DNA of 64,000 nucleotides from the NCBI GenBank assembly GCA_964016885.1, contig OZ024747.1, positions 14,632,001 through 14,696,000 on the forward strand, in the 5' to 3' direction. Position 1 is the first letter of the stretch. Each line of letters begins with the position of its first letter. The stretch comes from Eledone cirrhosa (taxonomy: Eukaryota). Shown piece by piece: positions 1 through 12,138 of the stretch. Both the position numbers and the translations under genes were made by a program. The notes under the pieces were generated by a model that saw only the letters and a program-made list of their open reading frames with translations, was not told the DNA's origin and did no database searches.

Positions 1-1494
1 TTTACATTTTCATTTGTTCTCTTCTATAATTTGCCTTTTTCTATTATGACCAATGTTTATTTGTCTCTTAGCAAATGTTCGAATGCGCTGATAGCTACTA
101 CTTGACACATGGGCAGCTGAGTATGACATGAGGGCCGAAGGATTCGAAATAATTTCTATGAGAGCTGAAAGTGTCCCTAAGACGTTATGTTTTGTTATTC
201 CATTTATAAGGAGTGATATGTCTTTACAAATAAATACAATTGATAATGAAATTGCTCATGTGGTGAACAATGATCCTGACTCAAAACATCATCACATAAA
301 ATATGAACCTAACATATTTATGTTAACATATTATATGAAATAGATATCACTGGGGAAATGGCATACATAGGATAATGATACAGAGATCGTTTAATAACTA
401 AATAACTACCATTCTGCATATGAAAAAGAGATTTTCTAATATAAATTTATTTTATCTTTTTATTCCTCAGCTTATAAGAAGTTCAGGATGATTGATCACA
501 AGAAAAATAACAACAATGCCAGGCAACATTAAACAATGAATGAGTGTGGAAAATATTTGAGAGATTATTCTTGTTTGAATAATGTTTAACCCAGTATTAC
601 TTTCTATGAGAGTTTTCAACTAATAGAAATTTAAAAGCAAAGAAGGCAACAACCATAGCAGAAACCGACGCGATATCATTTAGACGAGTAAACGACTTGC
701 AAGTATGATCAGCTAATTTTCCTTTGAATCATAATGTGTCAACACAGAAAAGGAAGTTAAAGCTTAATCTCAACTCGAATTAATCTCCCATAGAAATGAC
801 TGGAGTATCACAACTTGCTTGGTAAGGCCTAATAAGAGGATCAAGCAACGAGACCGAACAGTTTATTTGAAGGCAGCCGTTCTTGATAGGAGCCTCCCTT
901 GTGTAGGTCAAATATTCACCAATGGGTAAATGTTTTCTTTTGATGCTACTTCATAATGGTTTCTATAATACAAGGCACTTGGAAGTAAAATAATATCTTG
1001 GGAAAGCTCCAGCCAATGAGTTTTATATATACCTCTATCTACACTTACCTTCACAGCTGTGTACGAACCAACAAGTAACACACAATCACACAACCTTATA
1101 TACACCCACATACAGCTTCGTACTCACAAACACTCAAACACACAAACACAGAGACATACACACACACACAGAAACACACACTTCTCTCTTCAATTTACAT
1201 ATACACATACAGACCCTCATAGCATCGTACGGACGAATAACAAACACACACTCACGCACACACACACACACACACTCACGCACACACACACGTGCAAGCT
1301 TATACGCTCTATATGTAAAACGATATATTTCCTTTTCACCTAGACGCGTTCGATCACCGAATTCTAAAACAAGGTTATCTTATATTACAACGCCAGCATC
1401 AATCGTTTTCCAAGAGATGGCGACAAGAGTAGACCTGTTTTTTTCGTTTCTGCCACTGCCCACTCTCCTCTATTTCTTCTTTAATTTCTCATTC

Positions 1495-1614
1495 TATTTC
1501 ATGATGAAAGACTAATGTCCAAAACTTTAGGAGTCTTTCCATACTATAAAAAGCGTAACTCTAATAACATATTCGTCATTGTACTGTGTCGTTTGCTTTG
1601 TTATTTCTGATTTT

Positions 1615-1618
<4 letters not shown>
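1495..1618 (+). mobile_element. Family D decayed copy
   Basis: ATGATGA-AAGAC-TAAT-GTCC-AAAA-CTTTAG is a decayed core, followed by sequence similar to the reverse complement of 7379-7470. Ends in (CA)n. Confidence 0.45.
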
Positions 1619-1690
<72 letters not shown>

Positions 1691-2162
1691 GTATATATAT
1701 TCATTTAATATGGCTAAGCAATGAGCCTTGTTATGCTGGAGTTATAAATGAGTCATAATAAATGAATATTTAAACTTTACTTCGGTATACAGTAATTTTC
1801 ATTACGTCTGTCAATAATACGCGGTTACACGTATATATATATATATATATATGATATATATATTTCTTCCTCTCTCCTCACCATTCACCCCCCCCCCCCC
1901 CCTGTTCTTCTTTTCCCTCCCTTTTATCTCCTTTTTTTCTCTCCTTTCTCTTTTCTTTTCCTCCTGGCCTATTGATTAATAAAAGCCCTTGGGCGCGCCC
2001 GATCGCTACAGATGTCCTGTAATTCAGCGCCGAAAACATCTAGATCGCGGGTGTTTTTTACAGCTGACGAAGGATCCTTTCTTTTTTTCTCCTCTTGTTC
2101 CGTCCTAACCCCATCCTAAACCTTGTTTTTAGTAACCACACAGCTCCTTTCGTTTCATATCA

Positions 2163-2225
<63 letters not shown>

Positions 2226-2228
<3 letters not shown>

Positions 2229-2540
2229 TTATATATATAAAAGCGAGGATGTGTGTGTGTCTGTGTATAACTTTGGATACCTAAGGCTTTTAAAATTAGC
2301 AACCGAATTTGACCAAATTTTCTGTGCACGTTGCACAGGTCACTAAGATGGTTTTTTTTTCGAATCGACCCACTTTGAGCTATAAAGAATCGATATCAAA
2401 ATTATCGGTAGCAAAATTGATGTAAGGGAGATAATCAACTTTATTGACAATCCTTATAAAGAGAGTGAGATATGGAGACATCTTTTACTTCCTAGCTGTA
2501 TATTCTAAGCATAATTTCAAACCCCGAGTAAATCTGCTAG
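2226..2540 (+). mobile_element. Non-autonomous Helitron-like element
   Basis: Starts TCTTTATATATATAAAAG followed by (TG)n and ends CTAG. Inserted between A (2225) and T (2541) with no TSD. The subterminal hairpin is degenerate. Confidence 0.65.
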
Positions 2541-2562
2541 TAAATATATATATGTATGTATG

Positions 2563-2661
<99 letters not shown>

Positions 2662-2834
2662 GTATATGTATGTATGTATGTATATATATATACATATGTA
2701 TATATATATATATGATATTTGGATTTAGAATGTTATCACATAAGATGTAGGAATCAGATATATGGTTTTGAAAAATATATATACACGAACGCACACACAC
2801 ACACACACGCACACACACACATATATATATATAT

Positions 2835-3249
2835 GTAGGAGGTGAGTTTTATTGTAGTACAATAAAGCAATGCAGATATGGATAAGAAGCACTCTACAGT
2901 TTGTAGGACTGGAGTATACATAATATAAGATCAAAAGATGGTTAAAGGAGTTCCATGTATTTTATTATGCGCATTTCAAAAACAAACATCATCATGCAAT
3001 AATATTTGTGTTTTCATCAGATAAAACAGGAGAACATGATATGAAGGCTAAAAAACACTTGTGGATAGTGCAGTTTTAAATCAACATATATGTTGATTTA
3101 AAACTGCACTATCCACAAGTGTTTTTTAGCCTTCATATCATGTTCTCCTGTTTTATCTGATGAAAACACAAATATTATTGCATGATGATGTTTGTTTTTG
3201 AAATGCGCATAATAAAATACATGGAACTCCTTTAACCATCTTTTGATCT

Positions 3250-3257
<8 letters not shown>
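2835..3257. mobile_element. Non-autonomous palindromic PLE-type insertion, family A copy 1
   Basis: Apparently perfect palindrome 2920-3257, centre 3088/3089, plus an 85-nt tail at 2835-2919. Flanked by (TA)n. A second copy lies at 18190-18587. Confidence 0.85.
3146..3225 (+). ncRNA. Minimal type I hammerhead ribozyme (mirror copy on - strand 2952-3031)
   Basis: Stem I TGTTTTAT/ATAAAATA; CTGATGA 3157-63; stem II AAACACAAATA/TGTTTGTTTTT; GAAA 3200-03; self-complementary stem III TGCGCA; ATA triplet ending at 3211. Confidence 0.8.
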
Positions 3258-3287
<30 letters not shown>

Positions 3288-5430
3288 ATGTATATATATG
3301 TGTGTGTGTGTATATGTGTGCATGTATGAATATACTTTATTACTTTAATACGTGTGTCAGCTAATTCCAGCCAACAGGCTGAGACCATGTTGGTGACACA
3401 GCCATAATGAAACTATATATTGTAACCAACACTGCATGTGTTAACATGTGAAATTTAATTAGATATATTTAACAATGGAAAACTGTCGTATTTTTCTGTT
3501 TATTGAATTTCATGGAGAATAGAAATAAGTGGCTTCACCTGGAGTACAGTTTTAAACGTTCTGGTCGCATCAGCAACCAATTGCCGTGCTCTTTACTGGC
3601 AACTGGGAAATTGTATTTAAAGTCACTCGTAATAGATCTTTATTAGACCAGACGTACAGACTTTATATATCACGATTTATTAATAATCAGTTCTATTAAG
3701 TAAGTTACTAGTGCATTAGCCGTGTTTCTCTTCGATAACATAGTATACAATACAATGAACCTATAGATTTTTGTCGGCTCCGTATGTGTAAACTTATTAG
3801 ATTTGATCAGATGCATTGGATATCGGAAAAGGATGTATATTGTGTACGATGTTACCAAGTCTAGATGATTGCTGGTAAACCAGTTCGTCGTGAGTATTAA
3901 GTGGTGTGGAGGTAATAAGTGATATTTGGATTTAGAATGTTATCACGTAAGATGTAAGAATCAGATATAGGGTTTTGAAAAATATATATACACGAATGCA
4001 CACACACTCACACACATACACATACACACACACACATATAAACATAGATACATACTACACACCCACATACACACATATATATATATATATTTATATATAT
4101 ATATAACGAAGGAAATGTGGTAAGGAACCAGGTGGACCATAACGCACCAAAGTACTCAATACTTAGGGTAGTAGAGTGGGTAATTGGAACGAGTAGGACC
4201 CCGACGGCTGAGCTCAAGCCGTTTCGACGGCTAATTCTGGACTAAATGAACATTTTTATCCTGGTATTTGAATAGCCGAGCTTCTCAGGGGGTAATTCCA
4301 TATATGGTAAAAGTGATTGTCACAAGGATTGGTCAAAAGTTTGTTGTTGAGACATAATAATTCTATCATGGCAATTTGTGGAGGGAAGGGGTAGCTGAAC
4401 CTGCCAGTAGAAGAAAGAGGGAGAGGGGGTGGAAGAAACCCAGTCGTGCGTTGATAGTGCCAACTACGGCTGGGAAGGAGGTCAAAGAAGATACGGGGGG
4501 GGGGGGAGTGGAAACAATAAGTAAAACAATATGGGGTAAATATATAGAAAAATACCGGGAGTGTTAAAAAACAATTAAGTGGAAAAAAAAAAAACAATTT
4601 CTGGCTACTATAACCTAAGGACAGCTATCAAGTCTCTCACTGATACTGCTAGACTAAAGAAAGGTTTACTAGGTGGGACGGAATTATAATGAGACCCTTT
4701 TAAGAGGTATAAGTAAACAACCGAATATATCTTACGGTGACGGGTCAATAAGTGGGGGGCCAAAATACTAAATAAACTACCACGAAATAATAAATCAGAG
4801 TCCCGAGACCAGTGCGAAATAAAGCTTTCTACCCACAGGCACAAGGCCAGCAACCACCCAGTGCAAAAAAAAAAAAAAAACTAATGCGACATAATAATTC
4901 AGAATCCCGAAAAAGAATACTAATACTATCTGTAAGGGTGCCGCCACGATACAAAAATTCTAATGCAAACTACATAAATGCTCGTACGAAGTATATGTAA
5001 AATTTAATACGGAAAAATAATTTAGAATCCCCCCCCCCCTTATCCCCCCCAAAAAGATAAATAAATACTGATATACGAGAAATTAAAGCAAAGATACCAC
5101 TAAGAAATATAGAAAGCACGGAAAAGGTGCGGCCATCGGATAAGAAGGCTAGTATCCGGGGTCTAACACATCTGCTATAAAAAGCGGAGTCGGCCAAATC
5201 TATCATAGATTAGGGGAAGGGGGTGGTGGTACTGAGGCTACAAGGGACCGAGGGGCTGCCTCAGGTGGGCGAGAAAGTAAAAGGACGACAAAGAAGGAGG
5301 ACTGGGGTGGAAGGACTAGGGAAGGATGGGGGAAGAAGGAAATATAGAGGAAGTGATAAAAAGATATAGAAGATATTAGGTCTACCTTTGCAAGCAGGGG
5401 TTACCCGATACAAAATCGGCAAGTGGGGTG

Positions 5431-6045
5431 TTATAGGCCTAATCTACCCCCCCCCCCCAGGTCATTATGGGGTTTGAAGGCAAGGTAAGTCCTACACAAT
5501 CGGTGTTTACATGCAGTTACCAGTTCATCTTTCTTGTTTAGGAGTTGGTCCGTAGAGAACAGCATTTGTAAAATTTCCTCCGAGCATAAATTGCACGGAC
5601 GGCGTCCTCCCGTGTAAGAGTTGGCTCTGGACAGTAAGCTCCAAGTGATATCATAGGTAATATTGTTATCCTTGAGGTCCCATATGTGGCCCGAAAGTGT
5701 AGTGGCGTGACGCCGGGTTTCGGAAGGTATGTCTGTGTTGGTATAGCCGCGTCTTGAAGTCACGCGCGGTTAATCCTATATAGGCTTTGTTGGAGGTGTC
5801 CGTCCTCACGTTGCACTGGTATATCAGATTACGATCTCTGCATCTATTGTCGAGGGGGCAAATGGATCCATCAGGACAGTTGCACCTCCTGGTCGGCTCT
5901 CCACTGCTATTTTGGTTATTTCTTCCATGGGGGTTGAGTTTTTTGTTGTTAGAGGAGACGATGTTTTGTGCAAAGTTTGGTGTGGTGCTGTAGGAGAGTT
6001 TGATGGTATTTTTGTTAATTATGTTGTGGTAGCGCTGTTGTAGTG
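5431..6045 (-). pseudogene. PLE ORF C-terminus: linker plus GIY-YIG endonuclease, frameshifted near 5714
   Basis: Manual translation gives NKNTIKLSYSTTPN...RCNCPDGSICPLDNRC..LIYQC..KAYIGLTARDFKTRLYQHRH, then after a frameshift ATTLSGHIW..CNLCSEE..LLNKKDELVTACKH. These are PLE GIY-YIG and Cys/His motifs. Confidence 0.9.
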
Positions 6046-7120
6046 GGTAGACCTAATATCTTCTTCTATATCTTTTTATCACTTCCTCTATATTTCCTTC
6101 TTCCCCCCGTCCCTCCCTAGTCCTTCCACCCCAGTCCTCCTTCTTTGACGTCGTCCTTTTACTTTCTCGCCCATCTGAGGCAGCCCCTCGGTCCCTTGTA
6201 GCCTCAGTACCACCACCCCCTTCGCCTAATCTATGATAGATTTGGCTGACTCCGCTTTTTATAGCAGATGTGTTAGACCCCGGATACTAGCCTTCTTATC
6301 CGATGGCCGCACCTTTTCCGTGCTTTCTATATTTCTTAGTGGTATCTTTGCTTTAATTTCTCGTATATCAGTATTTATTTTTTTTGAGGGGGGGGGGGGA
6401 GTCTGAATTAATTTTCCGTATCAAATTTTACATATAATTCGTACGAGCATTTATGTAGTTTGCACTAGAATTTTTGTAGCGTGGCGGCACCCTTAGAGAT
6501 AGTATTAGTATTCTTTTTCGGGATTCTGAATTATTATGTCGTATTAGTTTTTTTTTTTGCACTGGGTGGTTGCTGCCCTTGTGCCTGGGGTAGAAACCTT
6601 TATTTCGCACTGGTCTCGGGACTCTGATTTATTATTTCGTGGTAGTTTCTTTAGTATTTTGGCCCCCCACTTGTTGACCCGTCACCGTAAGATATATTCG
6701 GTTGTTTACTTATACCTCTTAAAAGGGACTCATTATAATTCCGTCCCACCTAGTAAACCTTTCTTTAGTCTAGCAGTACCAGTGAGAGACTTGATAGCTG
6801 TCCTTAGGTTATAGTAACCAGAAATTGTTTTTTTTTTTTACACTTAAATGTTTTTTAACATTCCCGGTATTTTTCTATATATTTACCCCATATTGTTTTA
6901 CTTATTGTTTTCACCCTCCCCTCATAGTATCTTCTTTGACCTCCTGCCCAGCCGTTGTTGGCACTATCAACGCACGACTGGGTTTCTTCCACCCCGTCTC
7001 CCTCTTTCTTCTACTGGTAGGTTCAGCTACCCCTTCCCTCCACAAATTGCCATGATAGAATTATTATGTCTCAACAACAAACTTTTGACCAATCCTTGTG
7101 ACAATCTCTTTTACCATATA

Positions 7121-7235
7121 TGGAATTACCCCCTGAGAAGCTCGGCTATTCAAGTACCAGGATAAAAATGTTCATTTAGTCCAGAATTAGCCGTCGAAAC
7201 GGCTTGAGCTCAGCCGTCGGGGTCCTACTCGTTCC
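7121..7235 (+). ncRNA. Type I hammerhead-ribozyme-like fold with variant core CUGAGAA (mirror copy on - strand at ~4186-4300)
   Basis: Stem I ACCCC(7128-32)/GGGGT(7219-23) plus GGAA/TTCC; core CTGAGAA 7133-39; stem II CGGCTA/TAGCCG; GAAA 7196-99; stem III ACGGCT/AGCCGT; GTC triplet 7216-18. Confidence 0.72.
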
Positions 7236-7378
7236 TATATATATATATATATATACATATATACATGCACACACACACACACACACATACATATACATAG
7301 ATACTTACAAACACACACACACACACACCCACACACATGTATAGATATATATATATGTGCGTGTGTGTATGTATGTAT

Positions 7379-7494
7379 GTAAAAGATAAACAGATATAAC
7401 AACACAATCGGTACAGTATATGGAAGGGATATATTAGGTTAACGCTTGATATAGCAGGAAGAGGGTCTTAACGTTTCGGATGCTAGTCCTTCAT
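7379..7494 (-). mobile_element. Family D: PLE-type 3' fragment truncated inside a minimal hammerhead core
   Basis: Minus strand reads ATGA-AGGA-CTAGCA-TCC-GAAA-CG-TTA. Downstream sequence aligns by eye with 1501-1618. Ends in (CATA)/(CA) repeats. Confidence 0.55.
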
Positions 7495-7517
7495 ATATAT
7501 ATATATATATCAAAGGC

Positions 7518-8160
7518 AAGGGAACTGGCATGGAGGGCAGGGGGGAGGCCCCACCAATAATTATATTTTTCTCCCCAAAATAAAAAAATAGACATTTATT
7601 TGTATATGCGCTACAATTTATGTACATAAAATGTATGATATAGATATAGATATATAGAGAGAAGGAGGAGTGTTTCGTGGTAATTGATATAGAGAGGAAG
7701 GTTGGGAGAGTGTGTTGATATAGGGAGGGGAAGAAATTGATGTTTATTGATATAGAGAGGGGAATTGAAAGAGAGTTTCATATAGTAGATATATATAGAG
7801 AGGCGGGAGCTAGGTGGCAATGAATAGAGTGTGAGCATTAATAGAGATAAGTATTGATAGATATAGAGAGGGGAAGAATTTGGTAGTGATGGATAGAATG
7901 AGAGGGAATGAGAGAGGGTATTGTATTGTAGATATAGAGAGGGGGATAGTGTGGTGGGGATTGATATAGTGAGGGGCTTGAGAGTGTGTGTGTTGTATAT
8001 TAGACATAGAAACCGGGAGAGATTGATAGTTATTGACATAGAGAGGGGGTTTAACGGGAGTTCAATGTAGTAGATATAGAGATGGGACCGGGGGGGGGGG
8101 GTTAATATCTATTGATATAGAGAGGGGTATTTGAAGAGAATTCCATGTAGTAGATATAGT
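7518..8160 (+). repeat. Interspersed element with an internal ~30-35 bp degenerate minisatellite (reverse copy at 39778-40143)
   Basis: Repeated GATATAGAGAGGGG units. The unique end TTATATTTTCTCCCCAAA..TTTGTATATG.GCTACAATTTA is shared in reverse with 40040-40100. Confidence 0.65.
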
Positions 8161-8420
8161 TTGGTGCTAATCTAAATATTAGTGTGACAATCTGTCCTTC
8201 GAATTAGATAGACTCTATCAGATGAAGCTTCAAATATTTTATGTCTACCCAATTTAATTAGAAGACTTATATATAGAGTACATGAACCATGCCTAAGATA
8301 CTACACAGTGGGATAGAACACGGAATATTCAATATCATTAAATTAATATCTTATGTCCACAAAACTATAAATCTTAAGAGAAAGCCATATATCGTCCAAC
8401 AACAACTGAATAATAGATTG

Positions 8421-8753
8421 AACTCTATAGATAATGAACACAACCACAAGGATATGGTCCGAACGTGGAAGAGCAGAACTCACACTGTCATCACCCCCAT
8501 CTCTCTCGCCCTCCCCATTTCTCTGTATGGTGAGCAAATGGGGTCCCACGTGCTGGCCTCCTCACAGCCCCGGCGGACAGAATAGAGAAGGGGTTTCCCC
8601 GGAGGATGGTAAGGGAGATACGCTGGAAGAGCCATTCCAACTCGCAAGGCTCACACCTGAGGCTGGCCAGCTCAGCGCCTATGGTGGTGAGTAGGGAGGT
8701 ATCCCTAGGGTCAAGGACACCAGAAGTATCCACTGCCAAGGGCACGACCTCAA
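8421..8753 (-). mobile_element. CRE-like non-LTR retrotransposon 3' fragment
   Basis: VPLAVDTSGVL...EWLFQRISLTILRGNPFSILSAG resembles the C-terminus of CRE-clade REL-endonuclease proteins. The 3'UTR is repeated at 12139-12296. Confidence 0.7.
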
Positions 8754-9326
8754 TATGAGCGGCATGCAAAATACGTACTTGCTCAGTTCTACTGTATGGC
8801 AAACTTGAAATATATAAACTAAAAAATATGATACATTCATTCATGTCAATGTTGTAATGCTGTATGCTTAACAATAACTGTGTTCATAGAGAATCATATG
8901 ATGTCACGTGTAGTATGATGTTTCGTGTTTTCATAGTGTTAAGACCTTCATACAGTCCTTCCGAGGAGATTTCATTTCATTGGATGATATTTACTGCTCT
9001 TTTAAAATAAAATAACGAACGTTGATCTTTTAAGGATAGTTTCAATTTTTGCCGGATTTACTTCGTATCTTCCAGTCAAATTTGACAAAATCAGCTGCGC
9101 ATGTGTCAACTATTCACTATAGATGTATTAGATTGAGGGAAAGTGAAACATGCTCTGAGTAGAGGTAAACTAATATATATACAGAGGTATAGCAGAATCT
9201 ATGCAAGTGAATGCTTATATACAAAGGTAAAAGAAAATACTAAAATGATGTTAATAATTTTGTTGATTGTTTTCTATAAAAAGAAAACATTGGTGATTAT
9301 AAGAATTCATTATTCTTATAATTATA

Positions 9327-10008
9327 GGCAAAGTCAAAGGCAAAGTCAACCCGCCGAGGTTGACTTTGCCTTTCATCCTTACGGGGTCGATAAAATAAAG
9401 TACCAGTAATGCACTGGGTAATAAAGTACCAGTAATGCACTGGGTAGAGACAATTATTCTTATAATTATAAGGTGGTGGATTGGCAGTGTCAGTAGAGCG
9501 TCGGATGCCATGCTTTGGAGCATAGAGTTATGGCCCTTTAAATTCTGAGTTCAAATCCCGTCGAGATTAGCTTCGCCTTTCGTCCTCACGGGGTCGATAA
9601 AATAAAACACCAGTAATGCACTGGGGTAATTGCTGACCTTGTGCCAAAAGTAGAAACAATTATTATATATGGTGGATTGACAGTATCGGAAGAGAGTCGG
9701 ACGTCATGCTTTGCAGCATAAAGTTATGGACCTTTACGTTCTGAGTTCAGATCCCGTCGAGGTTAGCTTTGCTGTTGTTGGGGATGGTGATTTTGTTTAA
9801 ATAGAGATCAGATCTGATAAGCTATAACCCTCTCAAATCATATCCATAGAGTGCATTTCTAGCTGCTACTACGTATAGTATCCTTTATTATTAAACTGTA
9901 AAGGTTAACATTTCCTTTCATCCTTACGGGGTCGATAAAATAAAGCACCAGTAATGCACTGGGGTAATTGCTGGCCCTGTGCCAAAATAGAATAGAAATA
10001 CAATTATT
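9327..10008 (+). mobile_element. Cluster of 3-4 tRNA-derived SINE copies and fragments
   Basis: Repeated GAGTTCAAATCCC (B box)...CTTTGCCTTTCATCCTTACGGGGTCGATAAAATAAAGTACCAGT...GGCCTTGTGCC..TAGAAAC; full copy at 9471-9666. Confidence 0.9.
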
Positions 10009-11011
10009 ATTATCATTATGTAAAAGATATCATATAAAAAGAAATAATTATAATAAAAGAACCAATCAGAAATACATAACATCCTATACGTTCCTGAGAT
10101 ACAAAGTCAATTACACAGAATAAGACATTCAAACATACACAAATACAAACCGAGTGAGCTGCTTCCGCATTAAACAAATTTAAAGATTGATTTCAAAAAC
10201 AGAAGAAATGATAATAAAACATCAGGGAAAATAATATTTTTGTTCAAAATACATTTGTGTTTGCCTAAAAAATAAGAAAAATACCAAGAAGGCAACGACG
10301 TCATTTCCAGATCGTAATTGCTGTTACATTCAGGGTGGACAATATTGAAATCATTTGAATTCAATTGTTTGCTTCGTCTGAATAGTTTAAAAAAGGATAA
10401 TTTTTTAAAATTCTGTTTTGTTTTCTCAATGTAGAAGCATGGCTGAAAATATAAAATAAGGAATGCTCTTAAATTCTTGCAACGTTAATACTTCGCTCCA
10501 GCAATACTTGACAAAGAAATTAACGTGATTGTGTTTATTATTTCGTGATTTCTTAGCTTAATTAAACAATTTAAGAGAAATTTGCAACAATAATCTTAAT
10601 GAATTTTTTTTTAATTCAGCAGAATGAGGAAAATAATAGCCATAGAATAAAATACTATACATATCCATTAGCTATACATTTAGATAATCAAAATAAGGGA
10701 TACATCGCTTTTGGAATGTTGTACAATGGAAACGTTCTATTAAATTTAATTCGTATAGGCGAGGATCATAATTGACTGAATTATGTTACTGATAGTTTGC
10801 TTATCGATCCCGTAGAGATTAAATGTAAAGCGAGCCCCGATAGATTCAATGGAAAAAGTAATATTTATCTTACAGAATCACATATATGGAAAACATGTGT
10901 ATGCCTGTAGCCCGTGTGCGAATATGTGCTAGCATTTAGCGTTTATGTGGGTATATGACCCATAACATGTATGTATACACACGTGTATGTATACCCCCCC
11001 CCCACACACAC

Positions 11012-11055
<44 letters not shown>

Positions 11056-11057
<2 letters not shown>

Positions 11058-11111
11058 CGGATCTAGCTTTCGGAACTACCGGAGCTCAGCCGTCGAGGTC
11101 GTGACTCTTTT

Positions 11112-11113
<2 letters not shown>
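11056..11113 (+). mobile_element. 58-bp relic related to the family N terminus
   Basis: GAGCTCAGCCGTCGAGGTC..ACTC..TTCC matches the 3' half of the family N hammerhead and ends at the same TTCC boundary. Embedded in (TA)n. Confidence 0.6.
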
Positions 11114-11155
<42 letters not shown>

Positions 11156-11302
11156 GATGTATATATATATATATACACATCCATACATACATACATATAT
11201 GTACTTGTTTATATATGTGTGTATGTGAATGTATATATATTTATATACACAGACATACATACATATATCCATACATACATACATATGTACATACATACAT
11301 AC

Positions 11303-11902
11303 TGCGAAAGAATGTCATCTCGCTACTACCTCTCCATGAGACACGATGGGATAGCTAGAACCATCTGGAACGCACTTCGGAAAACAAAATTAAAAACAAA
11401 CGAGGAAGAATATATTGAGACAGATGGCACTAAAGAATACTGGTGGAACCTGAAAATAAAAACTACCACCAAATTAAAGCACAACCGGCCTGATATTGTT
11501 GTTTGTGACCACACATTGAAAACGTGTTCTGTTGTAGAGATCAGCCGCCCACTTGAAGTAAACGTTGTCAGAAAAATACAGGAGAAGGAGGGCATATACG
11601 GACCATTGATGAGGAGTTTACAAATCCATTATCCAAGATACACCTTTAGCTTCATACCCATCATTATTGGAGCTACGGGTTATATACCAATCCGCTTGGA
11701 TCAATGTATAACTGAACTTGGATTTGCGGACAAAGAGCGCAGCTCCCTAATTCATAGTCTACAAATGGCTGCGATAGCTGGCACCTTCAACGTTTGCAAA
11801 ACATTCTTGCGATTCAAGGGATGACAATCTCTTTTCTTTTACAATCTTGCCGCCAGGAATGTAACCGGTCAAAAATATACTCGAAATTAAGAGAAAGAGA
11901 GA
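11303..11902 (+). mobile_element. 3' fragment of a second R4/Dong-like LINE (REL endonuclease)
   Basis: Open frame [41 protein letters not shown] to the stop at 11824; homologous to 33957-34480; (CATA)n on both sides. Confidence 0.9.
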
Positions 11903-12138
11903 CATACATACATACATTTTTATATGCATTTAGACTTATGAAATAGAGGTAAAATTGCGCCACATACGTTACGTTTATGTATAATAAACATATGTAATTC
12001 TCCTTACGGATGTTTAAACTGTGAAACTATCAAAATAATCATAATAGATGAGTATTTCAGTTTATCCATCCTCAGTGACATTTATTCTCTCGCTACTCAG
12101 TCAATGTTAAACTATAATAAATAAAATTTATTTTTACA

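Larger units (their letters stand above)
4105..7235 (-). mobile_element. Penelope-like retroelement (C-terminal GIY-YIG type), 5'-truncated, with a ~1.2-kb inverted pseudo-LTR (family N)
   Basis: Arms 4186-5386 and 6046-7235 are reverse complements with scattered substitutions and indels. The left arm has an extra tail at 4105-4185. The spacer holds a GIY-YIG remnant. Both ends abut (TA)n. Confidence 0.92.

Noticed and set aside
6557-7165. ORFs duplicated in both arms of the PLE (85 and 105 aa)
   Set aside because: Conservation simply reflects the inverted duplication; low complexity and no recognisable motif.
9471-9560. tRNA gene
   Set aside because: tRNA-like head of a SINE; no full cloverleaf, and it continues into the repeat body.
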